43,231 bases of DNA, taken from Salisapilia sapeloensis CBS 127946 (Eukaryota; Protista; Oomycota). Under the pieces are notes generated by a model that made no database searches, was not told the DNA's origin, and saw only the letters and a program-made list of their open reading frames with translations. Below are positions 1 to 11,053 of the stretch, piece by piece. The DNA is taken from NCBI GenBank assembly GCA_023334545.1, contig JAADVB010000164.1, forward strand, positions 1 to 43,231, read 5' to 3'. The translations under genes and the position numbers were made by a program. Every line of letters begins with the position of its first letter. The stretch's first letter is position 1.

Positions 1-481
1 CGCTTGCTGCCCATGTCCCGAGGCACAGACTGATCGAACTTTTGATAATGTGTAAGCGCTTCGTGGACGAGTATCATTGCGATGCGCTTGCAATAAACCT
101 TCTTTTCTTCCGAGAGGTGAAAGTCTGCGTACGCGTCTGCTATCCACTGCGTTGTCATAAATTCGACTACAGTATCAGAGGGATGATTGAGAAATGGCAC
201 GAAGTTACATTGCGCTACACAGCTTATGCCCTCCAGTCCTCCAGTTGCATAGCCTTTGTGACCTCCGAGGGAATAGATTCTAGTCCTACTCTCCTAGAAC
301 TACTGGCAGTGTCACTCGCAGAATTAGCAAACTGCTTTGTCTGTTTCAACCAAATAACTTGCTTTTTGTATAGCGTAATCAGCAAAAATGGCGGGAAATC
401 GGAAAATATGAACATGGCTTCGTATTCATTGTCAGAGTTGCTTTGTGTCGCCCGTGCGGATGCTATCTCTTTTAAATACAA
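1..481 (-). CDS. Partial multi-exon hypothetical protein running off the window start; 5' structure unresolved
   Basis: Manual splicing (intron 358-294 with GCTAAT branch point; second intron ending at CTGTAG near 168) gives an open frame ...FLLITLYKKQ|ESRTRIYSLGGHKGYATGGLEGIS|FEFMTTQWIADAYADFHLSEEKKVYCKRIAMILVHEALTHYQKFDQSVPRDMGSK that reaches base 1 without a stop. Confidence 0.4.
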
Positions 482-1175
482 AATAGAGATGAACTAGTTT
501 GTGGTATCCTTTAGTACTTGGTCGCTGGTCCAGACGCAATCCTCATATCATTTTGGCGTAATGGTGTCTAGTTAAATGGAAGTTTGTTGTTTGTTCCGGA
601 AATGCGAATATCTAGTGATAACAAGAAATTATTTTTGATCCGTAAGCTAACTGGGTTTTCTGTCGTTGGCGCAGGCCTTCTTTCAGTGTGCTCTTGAAGT
701 ATCGAGCATCGCACAGTGTGAGTTGGTTGGATGTTGGTTTCATTGACGAGCGAGACCCTGCACTAGATAGATCCTCTTGAGATTAATATCAATGCTGTTG
801 TGATTACAATTGCAGTACACTTCAAGTTCAGCCCTTTAGGACCGCCCGAACCACTTGAAGCGAACTAACGTCTGGCTTTCTCCTGTCCCGAGAAGTTTCT
901 TTCTCCAGAAGCTCACTCTTCTGCTATTGACATCACATTCATCTAGACCTAGGTAATGATGCTATGAAGTAGACCACGCATATTACGCAAGAAATCACTT
1001 GTTTGCATGTCAAGGTAGTAGGTAAGGAGTGTTTGGCAACGCACTTGTACAAACAATTACAATCGCCTTTAAATTGCAATTTCAGGCTTTTATTGTGATT
1101 CCAGCGAGGATCCAAAGAAGTACTAAATGAAAACATAGCAAATTCTATGCAAATTTGCGTCGGAAATGATGTAGA

Positions 1176-3104
1176 TTATGGTGCATCTGCATTAGTACTG
1201 GCAAGTTGCTCAGCCCAATTAAATTTAAATGTAAAGTCGACGCCTATTCGAATGGATCAAGGAATAAGTAAACATAAGATCATTGGCAACTCGAAAATTG
1301 CGCAAGGAAATTAAAATCTAATTAGAAGTATACGTACCATAGTGCATCAGCGTATACCCGAGAACGTATGTCACAAACAGGATGATGCGACCTTGTATTT
1401 GAATGAACCCATCCTCCAGTACGTACGCCAGTTGATACACTGGTGAAATGCGAAAGCGATTTTTTAAAAGATGATGAAAGATGACAAGTGATAATAGCTC
1501 CAATGAGATGAGAACAGAGAGATTAACCACAGTCGAAATCAATCTCTCGTGTGTAAGATTACGAGAGTGTTCATAATAAATAGCATTCGGAAGCTGTTGG
1601 AGAACGACCACATATACAAGATATAGAACCGGAAGCACGACTTCGCAGTACTCCGACAGGAGACAGTATTCTATATGGAACAGAAGTTTCAGCGACTCGT
1701 TTACAACAGCTTCGTCTTCCCCAAGCTTCATGGCCGTTTTATTAATGTCTGAAACATACTCGTTTGCCAAGGTTCCTTTTCCACATATCTCCGTTCCGTT
1801 GTCTACTATCGATTCTTCTTCATAAGCGAAAACTTGATTAACTCTTATTTTACTCTTCTTTGCAGGTAAATTTATACGTGGTGGTCCAGTTTTAAAACTG
1901 CCAAGTAAAGTAGATCTTGCAGGTCGTATCACGGATTCCGACTCTGAGTCGTTCCAGCAGTGTGGCTTCGTAACTTCAGACTTCTTGCTTAGTTCTAGCA
2001 CAATCGCCAGCAAGTCGGCTTGCGATGAGCAGGTTGATTGGCACCTCTGAATTTCAGTAAGCAACGTTTTGCTATCATGCTGCATTTCCAGCAGAGAGAA
2101 TACCACCTGAAATAAATCGATCGCAATGATAACTATACTTGTTGCAATGCTTCCTGATGTCTGCATACAAAGGGAGACAAAGAGTGCATTAAAGACCTGT
2201 AGCATTGTAATTAGTTTACATGATCGCTCACCAATATACCTCAATCGAATTTATTTACCTCCACGCAAAAGATGGTAACTTCTGGGATGGCTTGGGGTTT
2301 ACTCGTAAGAGCCCAGGCATAAATATTCTTCATAAAAATCTTCAACACAGGCAAAAGGAGAACTGCAAAGGTTTGTTCTGAGGCTGTTAATAACTGGAAC
2401 ACGGCATTGAATCCAAAGTACATCATAACAATGCCTAAATGGGCTCCAAAGACGCCTGTTTCTCTGAGTAAACTCTTCCATTGTTCTGGAGAGTTTCGGA
2501 TACTTTTCCAATCAGAGAAAATCACTAAAAGCAGAATATAGGTAATTGTGAATGGAATTGTAGTCAGCACAATTCCAAATGGAGGTGGAGATGTCCAGAA
2601 AGCAGCGAGTAATACGTAGGATCCACTTGTAGCGGAGCTGGTTCCCAAAACTAGCACAATAACGTGCCAGCGAGTAATTTGTAAGGCTGAAAGCTGAGAT
2701 GCAATCTGGAGGGTAAACCCAATCGAAGAGGAGAACGAAAGGAGAAAAATACGAATCCATATTCCCATATTTTTCTCCCAAGCATCAAGTGGGGAACTTA
2801 AAGGGATCAAATCGAGCCCTATGGAATCGATCAAAGCCGGAATCGGGATCACAAGGCAAACGAAAAGGACACGAAGCAAAGAAGCAGTTTGACAATACTC
2901 CCTGAATGATTCCACCCTCTCAACTGTATATGCTCCTTTGTTGTAGATTTGGATCTTGAGATAAAAGTCCATCAACCGATTGACCTTGCAAAGAATCACT
3001 AAACGAGCACGTTCTATCTTTTGTTTAAAAGCCATAGCCATCGTTGACGGCGACGGCTCCGCCTGAATAGGTAAGAAGCGTTGTGATAATTTAGTGTGTT
3101 GCAT
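1176..3104 (-). CDS. Oomycete-type multi-pass transmembrane protein (3 exons)
   Basis: ORFs 2241-3104 and 1318-2244 are joined by intron 2258-2197 (62 nt), giving IFCVE|VFNALFVSLCMQ. Intron 1337-1244 gives HYG|VDFTFKFNWAEQLASTNADAP*. Motifs YTVERVESFREYCQTASLLRVLFVCLVIPIPAL, LLFHIEYCLLSEYCEVVLP and terminal HYGVDFT.F.W match the expanded Phytophthora/Pythium 'transmembrane protein' family as I recall it. Many hydrophobic segments. Confidence 0.8.
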
Positions 3105-3559
3105 TTGCTCATGTTGAAACGGCTACTAACAGATCCAATACATAGTGGTTGTTGAGTTCTGCATTTAGTATCTCCAGAATTAATTGAAAAAGAGAACCGT
3201 GTGTGGTCACTAAATTCTAGTACCCGTTTGAGTTGATGCTAATTGTTTTAGGGCCTGCCTAGATCGCCACAATATTGAATTGTAATGTCAAAATCACCAG
3301 GTCAAACAGCTTAATCGAAAATCCGTCCTGTCGATTTTCCCGAGTGATTCCAACACAGGTAAATGACCATTCATTGCTGCCCCATTCATAGCAGACGTGG
3401 TGCGTCCTTCTTCCCGATGATAGCGAAGCCATTGAGAGAGTTCGAGATGACCTTGATCACATGCATTGTCTAGTGTCTAGTATGTGGCGCCTCCGCCGAC
3501 TTCATTTCCAAGTGAATGTAGCCATTAAATTGTAGACTATGCATTTTTCTTCGCAGCAT

Positions 3560-4880
3560 TGCCCATGCATCGATGCGTATATGATGTAAACAGTCAATTG
3601 GCATACATCCATTTGACTAGTGCCAAATGTACATACATAGCAGTGACGTCCAGTGCTTCGAGGGGCAGGTGCCATTGTGGTCGGAACGAATTAAGAGTAG
3701 CAATGGCCTCCGTGCGGCCGTCTTTATTAACATTGACGACCATGTTTTCCCTCTCGCTACGAGGGACAGAGTGCTCGACAAGGGTGCGTCATCGTTTGAA
3801 GATGGGGATGGGGATGGAGTTAAGCGCACTTGCTCTCAAGATTCATTTGCTTGACGACGGGTAAAGAGCAGCAATAATGAATTCAGATATGCCGTCTTGA
3901 TAAGCTGAAAACTGGGGCTGTTTGCTCCAAGCTATCACGATCACGCAGGTGAAAGGACGTGACATAATGGAATTTTGAACTGCTGCTTCCACGCTGGTAG
4001 AAGTCGACTCTAGTAGGAGAGACAGAGTTTCAAAATGACTTATTGGTCTTGCTTGCAAATTTGTAGAACATGTAGCTGGTCCAGGATGACGTCTTTTCAA
4101 CTAGCGGAAGTAGAAACTTAGACTTTCGTCAGCTTCCATCTTCTTGAGGCCACGTCTCGTAAGTTGTATCCGTATGAGAGCTCTAAGGACACATAGGGAA
4201 TCATTCTGCCATAGAACGCGAGCTGTAGTGACGCGTGATGCCCCAGATATCCCAAGTTTCCATGTAGTACTCGGCATGCATGGTGTAGGATAGAACGAAT
4301 GCTCTAGCAGTTGCAATCCCGCCCAGACTTTGAATTGTGAAAGTGTTCTGTACATGAGTACTATGCTTATCCTAAATATAGTACGTCACTACGAGTACAA
4401 GGCGATGTTATCCATTCTCAAGATTTGAGAAATATCTCTATGTCGGATGAAGCTGGTGCGCAAAATATAAAGACCCAGATACGACTGTTGCCGTATCATA
4501 GATCCCATTGCTTTTCGTCTAGCCGATCGTGTCAGATAACATACGCTTGCCTTCTTGTATTTTAATTCTTCGCTATTTCGGAGGCGTTTAAAAAGACGAA
4601 AAGCTTTACTAGCAATGACACTTGTCATCTTCTTGAAGACTGCGCCAAGCGTATATCATTGAATTTGTTGTTGCGTTCTCGGCAGCACCGGTACACCACA
4701 CTCTTTCAAACATAAACAAAGTCGTAGGATACAAGGTCTGTACAAATAATGCTTGCACTTATGATATCTATGAAGAGTTGTCTAGGCTCCGAGTAGCTTT
4801 AGATTTGCAGCAGTAACAATAAAGATTTCGGTTCTCAACATCAAAAGCGATAATACCCATCGAAGTGAAGCATTGCGCAG
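3560..4880 (-). pseudogene. Decayed coding remnant(s), possibly a transposon relic
   Basis: One reading frame from about 4880 to 4389 is open for about 164 codons except for in-frame stops at 4784-4782 and 4658-4656. A second frame at about 3840-3590 has one internal stop. No intact gene and no TIRs identified. Confidence 0.35.
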
Positions 4881-5341
4881 TCAGCACTTACTAGTCAGTA
4901 TTACACCCATCTTTAAAGAATTTCCTTAGCTTTTTACACGAACCCGCCTGTACTCTTCACTAAAAGACCATTTCGCGGGTTTCAAGAGCAAGTACACTAG
5001 CTATATCCACTACGAATCTCATTGCCAATATCATATAGGGAAATAATTACCAATAAACTCCTCTCAATAAACACTGTACTAGCACATGGCCCCACTGAGC
5101 ATGTCATTGCCCTCCCATCGCCTCGCATTGGCAACCTAGGGACAATCCCAAGAGATACCAAAATCCCTTCAAGATCTCTGATCTGATTCACATAAATACC
5201 ATCATTCGTGACACTGGTTTAGTATGAAGCAGTCATCTCATCATAGTCAACTCCAGTGCTTGTCCCTGCAACTGCCCCACGCCGTTCAACCTCCATAAAC
5301 GGATTTGCAACTAGGCGCCAAGTGTTGCCGTACCTCTTGTC

Positions 5342-8300
5342 ATGTTGCGCCGTTCCTTCTCTCGCAGTGTCCAGTCGTACCGGTCAGTCCAGACGCGACT
5401 CGCGCGCCCGAATGCAGCCTTGTTGCACTCGCGCGTGCTCTCGTCCGACGCCAAGTTCCAGCGAGCGGACGTCTTCCTGCAACGTCATATTGGCGCCAAT
5501 GCCAGCGATCAGCAGCAAATGCTCGACAAGCTCGGCTTCTCCAGCATCGACGACCTCTTGGACGTCACTGTCCCGTCTGAAATTCGCCTCAAACAACCGC
5601 TTGACCTGCCGAAAGGACTCTCGGAGAGCGAAGCGACCGAGCAACTCAAGGCAATCGCGTCCAAGAACGCCAAGACCAAGAGCTTTATCGGTATGGGGTA
5701 CTACGACAGTCTCACCCCCGCGCCCATCCAGCGATTGATCCTCGAGAGCCCTGGATGGTACACTTCGTACACGCCGTACCAGCCTGAAGTCGCGCAAGGC
5801 CGCCTAGAAATGCTCTTGAACTTCCAGACGATGGTCATGGAGCTTACAGGTATGGCTGTTGCCAACGCATCGTTGCTTGACGAAGCCTCTGCTGCCGCTG
5901 AGGCCATCACGCTGTCACACAACAACTCGAACGGCAAGCGTCCTCGCTTCTTCGTAGCAAATGACGTCCACCCACAGACGCTGGGTGTCATGCAGACTCG
6001 TGCCGAGTTTCTAAACGTGGAACTGGTTGTTGGAGATCCGCTAAACGATCTTCCTCTTGGTTCTGATGACGCCAGATCCTTCAGCGGAGTCATGCTGCAA
6101 TACCCGAACACGTTCGGAGAGATTAAAGACTACCGTGACTTTGTTGACAACGCGCACAAGGATGGTCTCATGGTTGGTGTCGCTGCTGATTTGATGAGTT
6201 TGACCCAACTCGTACCACCGGGAGAGCTAGGCGCAGACTTTACAGTCGGATCGGCCCAGCGCTTTGGTGTTCCAATGATGTTCGGCGGTCCCCACGCCGC
6301 GTACATGGCGACAACGCAAAAGCACCACAGGAAGCTCCCTGGTCGTATAATCGGCGTGTCGAGGGATGCGCGAGGCGAGCCTGCGTTGCGAATGGCGATG
6401 CAAACTCGTGAACAGCACATTCGTCGTGATAAGGCTACCAGTAACATTTGCACGGCGCAAGCTTTGCTTGCGAACATGGCTGCTGCCTACGCCATTTACC
6501 ACGGCCCGGAAGGTATCTCTCGCATCGCCAACCGTATTCATTTCTTCACGTCGTTGCTTGCCGTTGGTATTGAAAAGGAGACCAAGTGTCAACTGCGCAA
6601 CTCGTTCTTCTACGATACGCTCGATGTGGACGTTTCTGGTGCTGGTGTCTCGAGCGACGAAGTGTTGAAACGCGGTGGTGATCTTGGCGTCAACCTCCGT
6701 CGTATCGACGACCAGAGAGTCGGCATTTCCATGGGCGAAAGCGCAGATGTCGAGGATCTCGTCAACATCCTCAAGTCTCTTGGAGCTGATGTTTCTGCCG
6801 ACACTGTCAAATCCTGGGATGCTGAAGCGGAGAAGCAGCAGCATGAGGCGATTCCGGACGCTCTGCGCCGTCACTCGCAGTACCTCACGCATGGTATCTT
6901 CAACAAGTACCATTCGGAGACGGAGCTCATGCGATACTTGAAGCACTTGGAAGACAAGGATCTCGGACTAAACCGATCGATGATCTCGCTCGGTTCGTGC
7001 ACAATGAAGCTGAACGCCGTGTCGGAGTTGCAACCGATCTCGTGGCCGGAATTCACCAATGTCCACCCGTTTGCACCGGAAGAACAGACGGAAGGGTACC
7101 GTGAAATGATCGAGTCGCTTAACAAAACCCTCGCGGAGATCACAGGCTTCTCCGCAGTCTCGACGCAACCAAACTCGGGTGCACAGGGAGAGTACAGCGG
7201 ACTCCTTGCAATTCGAAACTACCAGAAGGCGCAAGGTCAAGGTCATCGTAACGTCTGCCTCATTCCCATCTCGGCCCACGGGACGAACCCAGCGAGTGCT
7301 GTCATGGCTGGAATGAAGGTTGTGGTGGTCAAGTCGGACGAGAACGGCCACGTTGACCGAGATGATTTAAAAGAAAAGGTTGAAAAGTACGCCGACGACC
7401 TCAGTGCGTTCATGATCACGTACCCGTCCACGTACGGTGTGTTCGAAGAAGGCATCACGGAAATGTGTGAGCTCATCCACTCCCACGGAGGACAGGTCTA
7501 CATGGATGGGGCCAACATGAACGCCCAAGTCGGTCTGACGAACCCTGGCAACATCGGCGCAGACGTCTGCCACTTAAACCTCCACAAGACGTTTTGCATT
7601 CCGCATGGCGGAGGAGGCCCAGGTGTCGGCTCTATCGGTGTCGCGTCCCATTTAGCTCCCCACCTCCCCGGCCATGTCGTCGCTCCGTGTGGAGGCGAAG
7701 GCGAGAACACAGTCGCCAAGTCCGAATACGCTGTGAGTGCTGCACCTTTCGGCAGTGCTGGCATCCTCCCTATCTCGTGGATGTACATCCACATGCTAGG
7801 CGAGCAAGGTCTGAAGCTTGCTTCTTCCAACGCTATCTTAAACGCTAACTACATGGCCAAGCGATTGGAGTCGAGCTACGAGATCTTGTACCGAGGCCGA
7901 GGCGGCACGTGCGGTCATGAGTTCATCATCAACGTGAAACCGTTCAAGGATGTGGACATCTCGGAGGAAGACATTGCCAAGCGTCTGCAGGACTTTGGTT
8001 TCCACAGTCCGACTATGTCGTTCCCCAAGAGCGGCACGTTAATGGTGGAGCCGACGGAGAGCGAGAGCAAGGCCGAGATGGATCGTCTATGTGAAGCGCT
8101 CGAGGTCATTCGAGAGGAAATTGAGGACATTCGAAGCGGCAAGGTCCCTGCGGCAGACTCGCCGCTGAAGCATGCGCCGCACACGGCGGACATGGTCACG
8201 GCGGAGCACTGGGACAGACCGTACTCTCGTCAACAAGCTGCGTTCCCAGCATCGTGGCAGAAGGGAGGTGTCAACAAGGGGTACTGGCCGAGCGTCGCAC

Positions 8301-8368
8301 GAGTCGACAACGTGTACGGCGATCGCAATTTGATCTGCAGCTGTCCTCCTTTGGAAGCGTATGAATAA
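5342..8368 (+). CDS. GLDC: Glycine dehydrogenase (decarboxylating), glycine cleavage P-protein, mitochondrial precursor
   Basis: 1008-aa intronless ORF with an Arg/Ser-rich presequence. Motifs FIGMGYY, WYTSYTPYQPEVAQGRLE, MQTREQHIRRDKATSNICTAQALLA, SLGSCTMKLN, the PLP-lysine motif HLNLHKTFCIPHGGGGPG and C-terminal RVDNVYGDRNLICSCPP. Confidence 0.99.
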   Translation: MLRRSFSRSVQSYRSVQTRLARPNAALLHSRVLSSDAKFQRADVFLQRHIGANASDQQQMLDKLGFSSIDDLLDVTVPSEIRLKQPLDLPKGLSESEATEQLKAIASKNAKTKSFIGMGYYDSLTPAPIQRLILESPGWYTSYTPYQPEVAQGRLEMLLNFQTMVMELTGMAVANASLLDEASAAAEAITLSHNNSNGKRPRFFVANDVHPQTLGVMQTRAEFLNVELVVGDPLNDLPLGSDDARSFSGVMLQYPNTFGEIKDYRDFVDNAHKDGLMVGVAADLMSLTQLVPPGELGADFTVGSAQRFGVPMMFGGPHAAYMATTQKHHRKLPGRIIGVSRDARGEPALRMAMQTREQHIRRDKATSNICTAQALLANMAAAYAIYHGPEGISRIANRIHFFTSLLAVGIEKETKCQLRNSFFYDTLDVDVSGAGVSSDEVLKRGGDLGVNLRRIDDQRVGISMGESADVEDLVNILKSLGADVSADTVKSWDAEAEKQQHEAIPDALRRHSQYLTHGIFNKYHSETELMRYLKHLEDKDLGLNRSMISLGSCTMKLNAVSELQPISWPEFTNVHPFAPEEQTEGYREMIESLNKTLAEITGFSAVSTQPNSGAQGEYSGLLAIRNYQKAQGQGHRNVCLIPISAHGTNPASAVMAGMKVVVVKSDENGHVDRDDLKEKVEKYADDLSAFMITYPSTYGVFEEGITEMCELIHSHGGQVYMDGANMNAQVGLTNPGNIGADVCHLNLHKTFCIPHGGGGPGVGSIGVASHLAPHLPGHVVAPCGGEGENTVAKSEYAVSAAPFGSAGILPISWMYIHMLGEQGLKLASSNAILNANYMAKRLESSYEILYRGRGGTCGHEFIINVKPFKDVDISEEDIAKRLQDFGFHSPTMSFPKSGTLMVEPTESESKAEMDRLCEALEVIREEIEDIRSGKVPAADSPLKHAPHTADMVTAEHWDRPYSRQQAAFPASWQKGGVNKGYWPSVARVDNVYGDRNLICSCPPLEAYE

Positions 8369-8558
8369 GTTGGCGTATCGGCACGGTTTCTCCTGCACTC
8401 ATGTAGTGTGGATGGGTCCACTCGACTGTTATTGTTGATTGCACCTGGATCGAATGCAAACCCTGCCATTAGACCTCGTACATTGTTCATGGAGAAAGTC
8501 AATACACAAGCTGCTTTCTGTTCTGGTAGATGATATAGACAGTTGTTATATTTATTTG

Positions 8559-9964
8559 CTACAGGTTCTTGGGAAAGAGGAGCATCGGGTTGGATTGATG
8601 CAAGAGCTCTTGTACTGCAGTGTACTCGAAGCTCTGGGACTCGAGATTCGTCACGACGCGTATGACACTCGATGTGAACTTTGGTTTCTTATTCATGTCT
8701 TTCTTTCTTCCGTCGCTGCGTACTCGACCTTCCCACCCGTTCATACCAGCTAGAGTCAGCCATGCGGATGGTTTGAGAATTAGAGGCTGGTAAGATGCTC
8801 CTGTGGACGGATCCACGATCGTCTGGATAAAAGATGAAAGCTTCTCATAGCTCTTATCTGGCTTTAGACATGCATTAAACGCTTGATACTCTAGATAGAG
8901 GCGTCGTGGAAACTTACACGAAACCAAAAGACCAATCCATCTTCTTCCTTCATACTGAGCATTTGAAGGAATGCCTCGTCAAAGTTCATATATTTGGCAT
9001 CAAAGCGCCGTTTTTGTAGCTCTGTTTGCTTTTCAAACACCCTACAGCACATGCAAGCTCTGGGTGTCAGTAGCATCAATACCTGGAAGATAGTTAATTA
9101 CCACTCTCGATCGACGTCGAAGATGCATATCGCTGGATCTAAAATATCCCTCGGTACCCTCTCATAGACTCTTTCTAGAGCCGAAATGGATAGAAACACA
9201 GTCCTTGATTTAGACGGTGCGGTTGGCCATGGCAAAGACTTTGGTCGAACATCACTTCTTGCTCTTGGTATGACGCTTTTCGGAGCAATCTTCTTTCTTT
9301 CCTCATCAGCTATTTGAATAACATTTCCATGCTCCAGTCGAATTGTAGCCTTCTGTAACCGCTGCAGTCTGGACTCTTGCCTCCATACTTCTTTCACTGA
9401 CAATATCTGCAAGCAAGTCATGAGCACAAAGATCAGCACGATTTAAAATAAACGCACAAGCTGTTCCGGCGACAAGTTTGGTTCGTACACCCGTCGAGAC
9501 TGAAGTTCCGCCCGGAGTTCTGTCCAAGACATGCCAGATGCATCGCATACCTTACCGAGTGATGAGAAACGAATGTACACGGTGTCGTTTGGTTCAAGAT
9601 CTATTCACCAAAATGAAGTATGAGGCTTACTAGTCGTTGGACTTTATCTCGACTGAGTCTACGTACAGTAGTTGCATATTGGAGTGCCGTGCTTTAAAAC
9701 TCTTGCTTGATAGACAAAGAACTGCTGATCCAGTGGAAGCTTACAAAATGGATTGTTGTCGTCTTCCCATGCTTTCATGAGTAAACCTTGAATGTCAGCA
9801 ATTGTCATGCCCATATTAACTTGCAGAGTTGCGCTCGTCGGTTCAAATGGTACCAGAGAAGCAGCGGATCGACTGGTGGGATCAGTCACGTCAATAGCTT
9901 GACAAGTTAGAAAGTGGAGAGGAACTAGAATCTCCTGGTTTTCACCATCATAGTTGGGTAGCAT
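8559..9964 (-). CDS. Hypothetical protein with N-terminal ubiquitin-like domain and SAP/HeH-like motif (5 exons)
   Basis: Introns 9666-9601, 9457-9407, 9101-9042 and 8917-8862 (66, 51, 60, 56 nt; all GT-AG) stitch four track ORFs plus one unlisted exon into one frame. Ubl-like segment: MTIADIQGLLMKAW...LPLDQQFFVYQARVLKHGTPICNYYLEPNDTVYI. SAP-like segment: MSWTELRAELQSRRVYEPNLSPEQLILSVKE. Confidence 0.65.
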
Positions 9965-11053
9965 GACCGATAGCTTTCCTAATGGTTACTGAAGCTACCA
10001 TGGGTCCAAATATAGATAAAAGGAAGGAAATAATGGCATCGCAGCTTCTTTCGGAAGGTGGGATATATTCACGGATATACGTGTACTTTGCGACGCCAGC
10101 AGAGAATATAGACTGCCTTGGATTTTACAGACCGAACAACCTACCATTGAAGTGTTTCAAATGCCGAGTGTAACCTGGCGTTGCGTGAAAAGATGATCAC
10201 ATAAATACTTCTACCGCGATGTTCGCAGGATCAAGTGGTAACTATGATACCAGCCGATCATTTAAAGTCTCTATCTGGACGCACTCGAGTGGTACACGTC
10301 ACCTTCTGGACTTGCAAGACGCACAACACCGTTCGCAGTGCAAGAAATGTTGGTATCAAATTTCTTTTTGTACGAGGACAAGTCAAAGTTTTACAAAGCG
10401 CTGCATAGACGGTGGATTCGCGTATGCTGCGCTTTGCCCACTCGTTCTGCTCACACGAAAATGCAACCGAGCCAAGTCTAGAGATTGCTTCAACTATTTT
10501 GATGGATATGTACTACTGTTGGAGCTGTAGAACTCTTCAACTATACTACATGAAAATTAAGAGGGAAGTGTTGAGTAAGCTCGTCTGTAGCTACGATATT
10601 TCCGGTGATTGAGGAGCGATCTTGCTCGTGTTTAACTTCCTACCTCCTCAAGATCTCAGGTTACTTTACCTTTTAGTCTTCCTGGTTGATGATCAAGCAT
10701 GTGAATTCGATCGATTATTTCTAGTGTCAGTGCTCTTTGCTGCAAATCGGTACCTCCTACCTATACGAAGTCATAATAATCGGACCTCGTGCTAGTTGCT
10801 GACATGCAGTTGCTGCAGTACTACGCATTATAACAGCATGACGTGCGCGGCAAGTTCAATGATGGTAGATATGTGCGAGCCTACCCGGACAACGTGGATA
10901 GTATTTCCGTGTACACAAACACCGAATGCGGAAGGTACAAGGAAAGCTGCTTTACGTGGATTAGAGTACTAGATACAGTGTGACATTGCTTCGATCCATG
11001 CAGTCAGTACATTATCGATTTGAGACTCTCAGGAACAAGCCAGCTACTTCACT

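Noticed and set aside
5256-8502. Numerous overlapping and antisense ORFs inside GLDC
   Set aside because: Shadow frames caused by C/G-ending codon bias; low-complexity translations with no motifs.
8891-8917. Candidate 27-nt intron GTAAGT...TCTAG
   Set aside because: It does not restore the frame. The 56-nt intron to 8862 does, and it fits the local size range.
8891-9079. Possible RGS domain (LVFWFRV)
   Set aside because: After splicing, the sequence continues FWFRPDKSYEKL and lacks the downstream RGS helices.
9982-10612. Short plus-strand ORFs upstream of the elicitin-like relic
   Set aside because: No motif or splice-consistent model; cannot be distinguished from chance.
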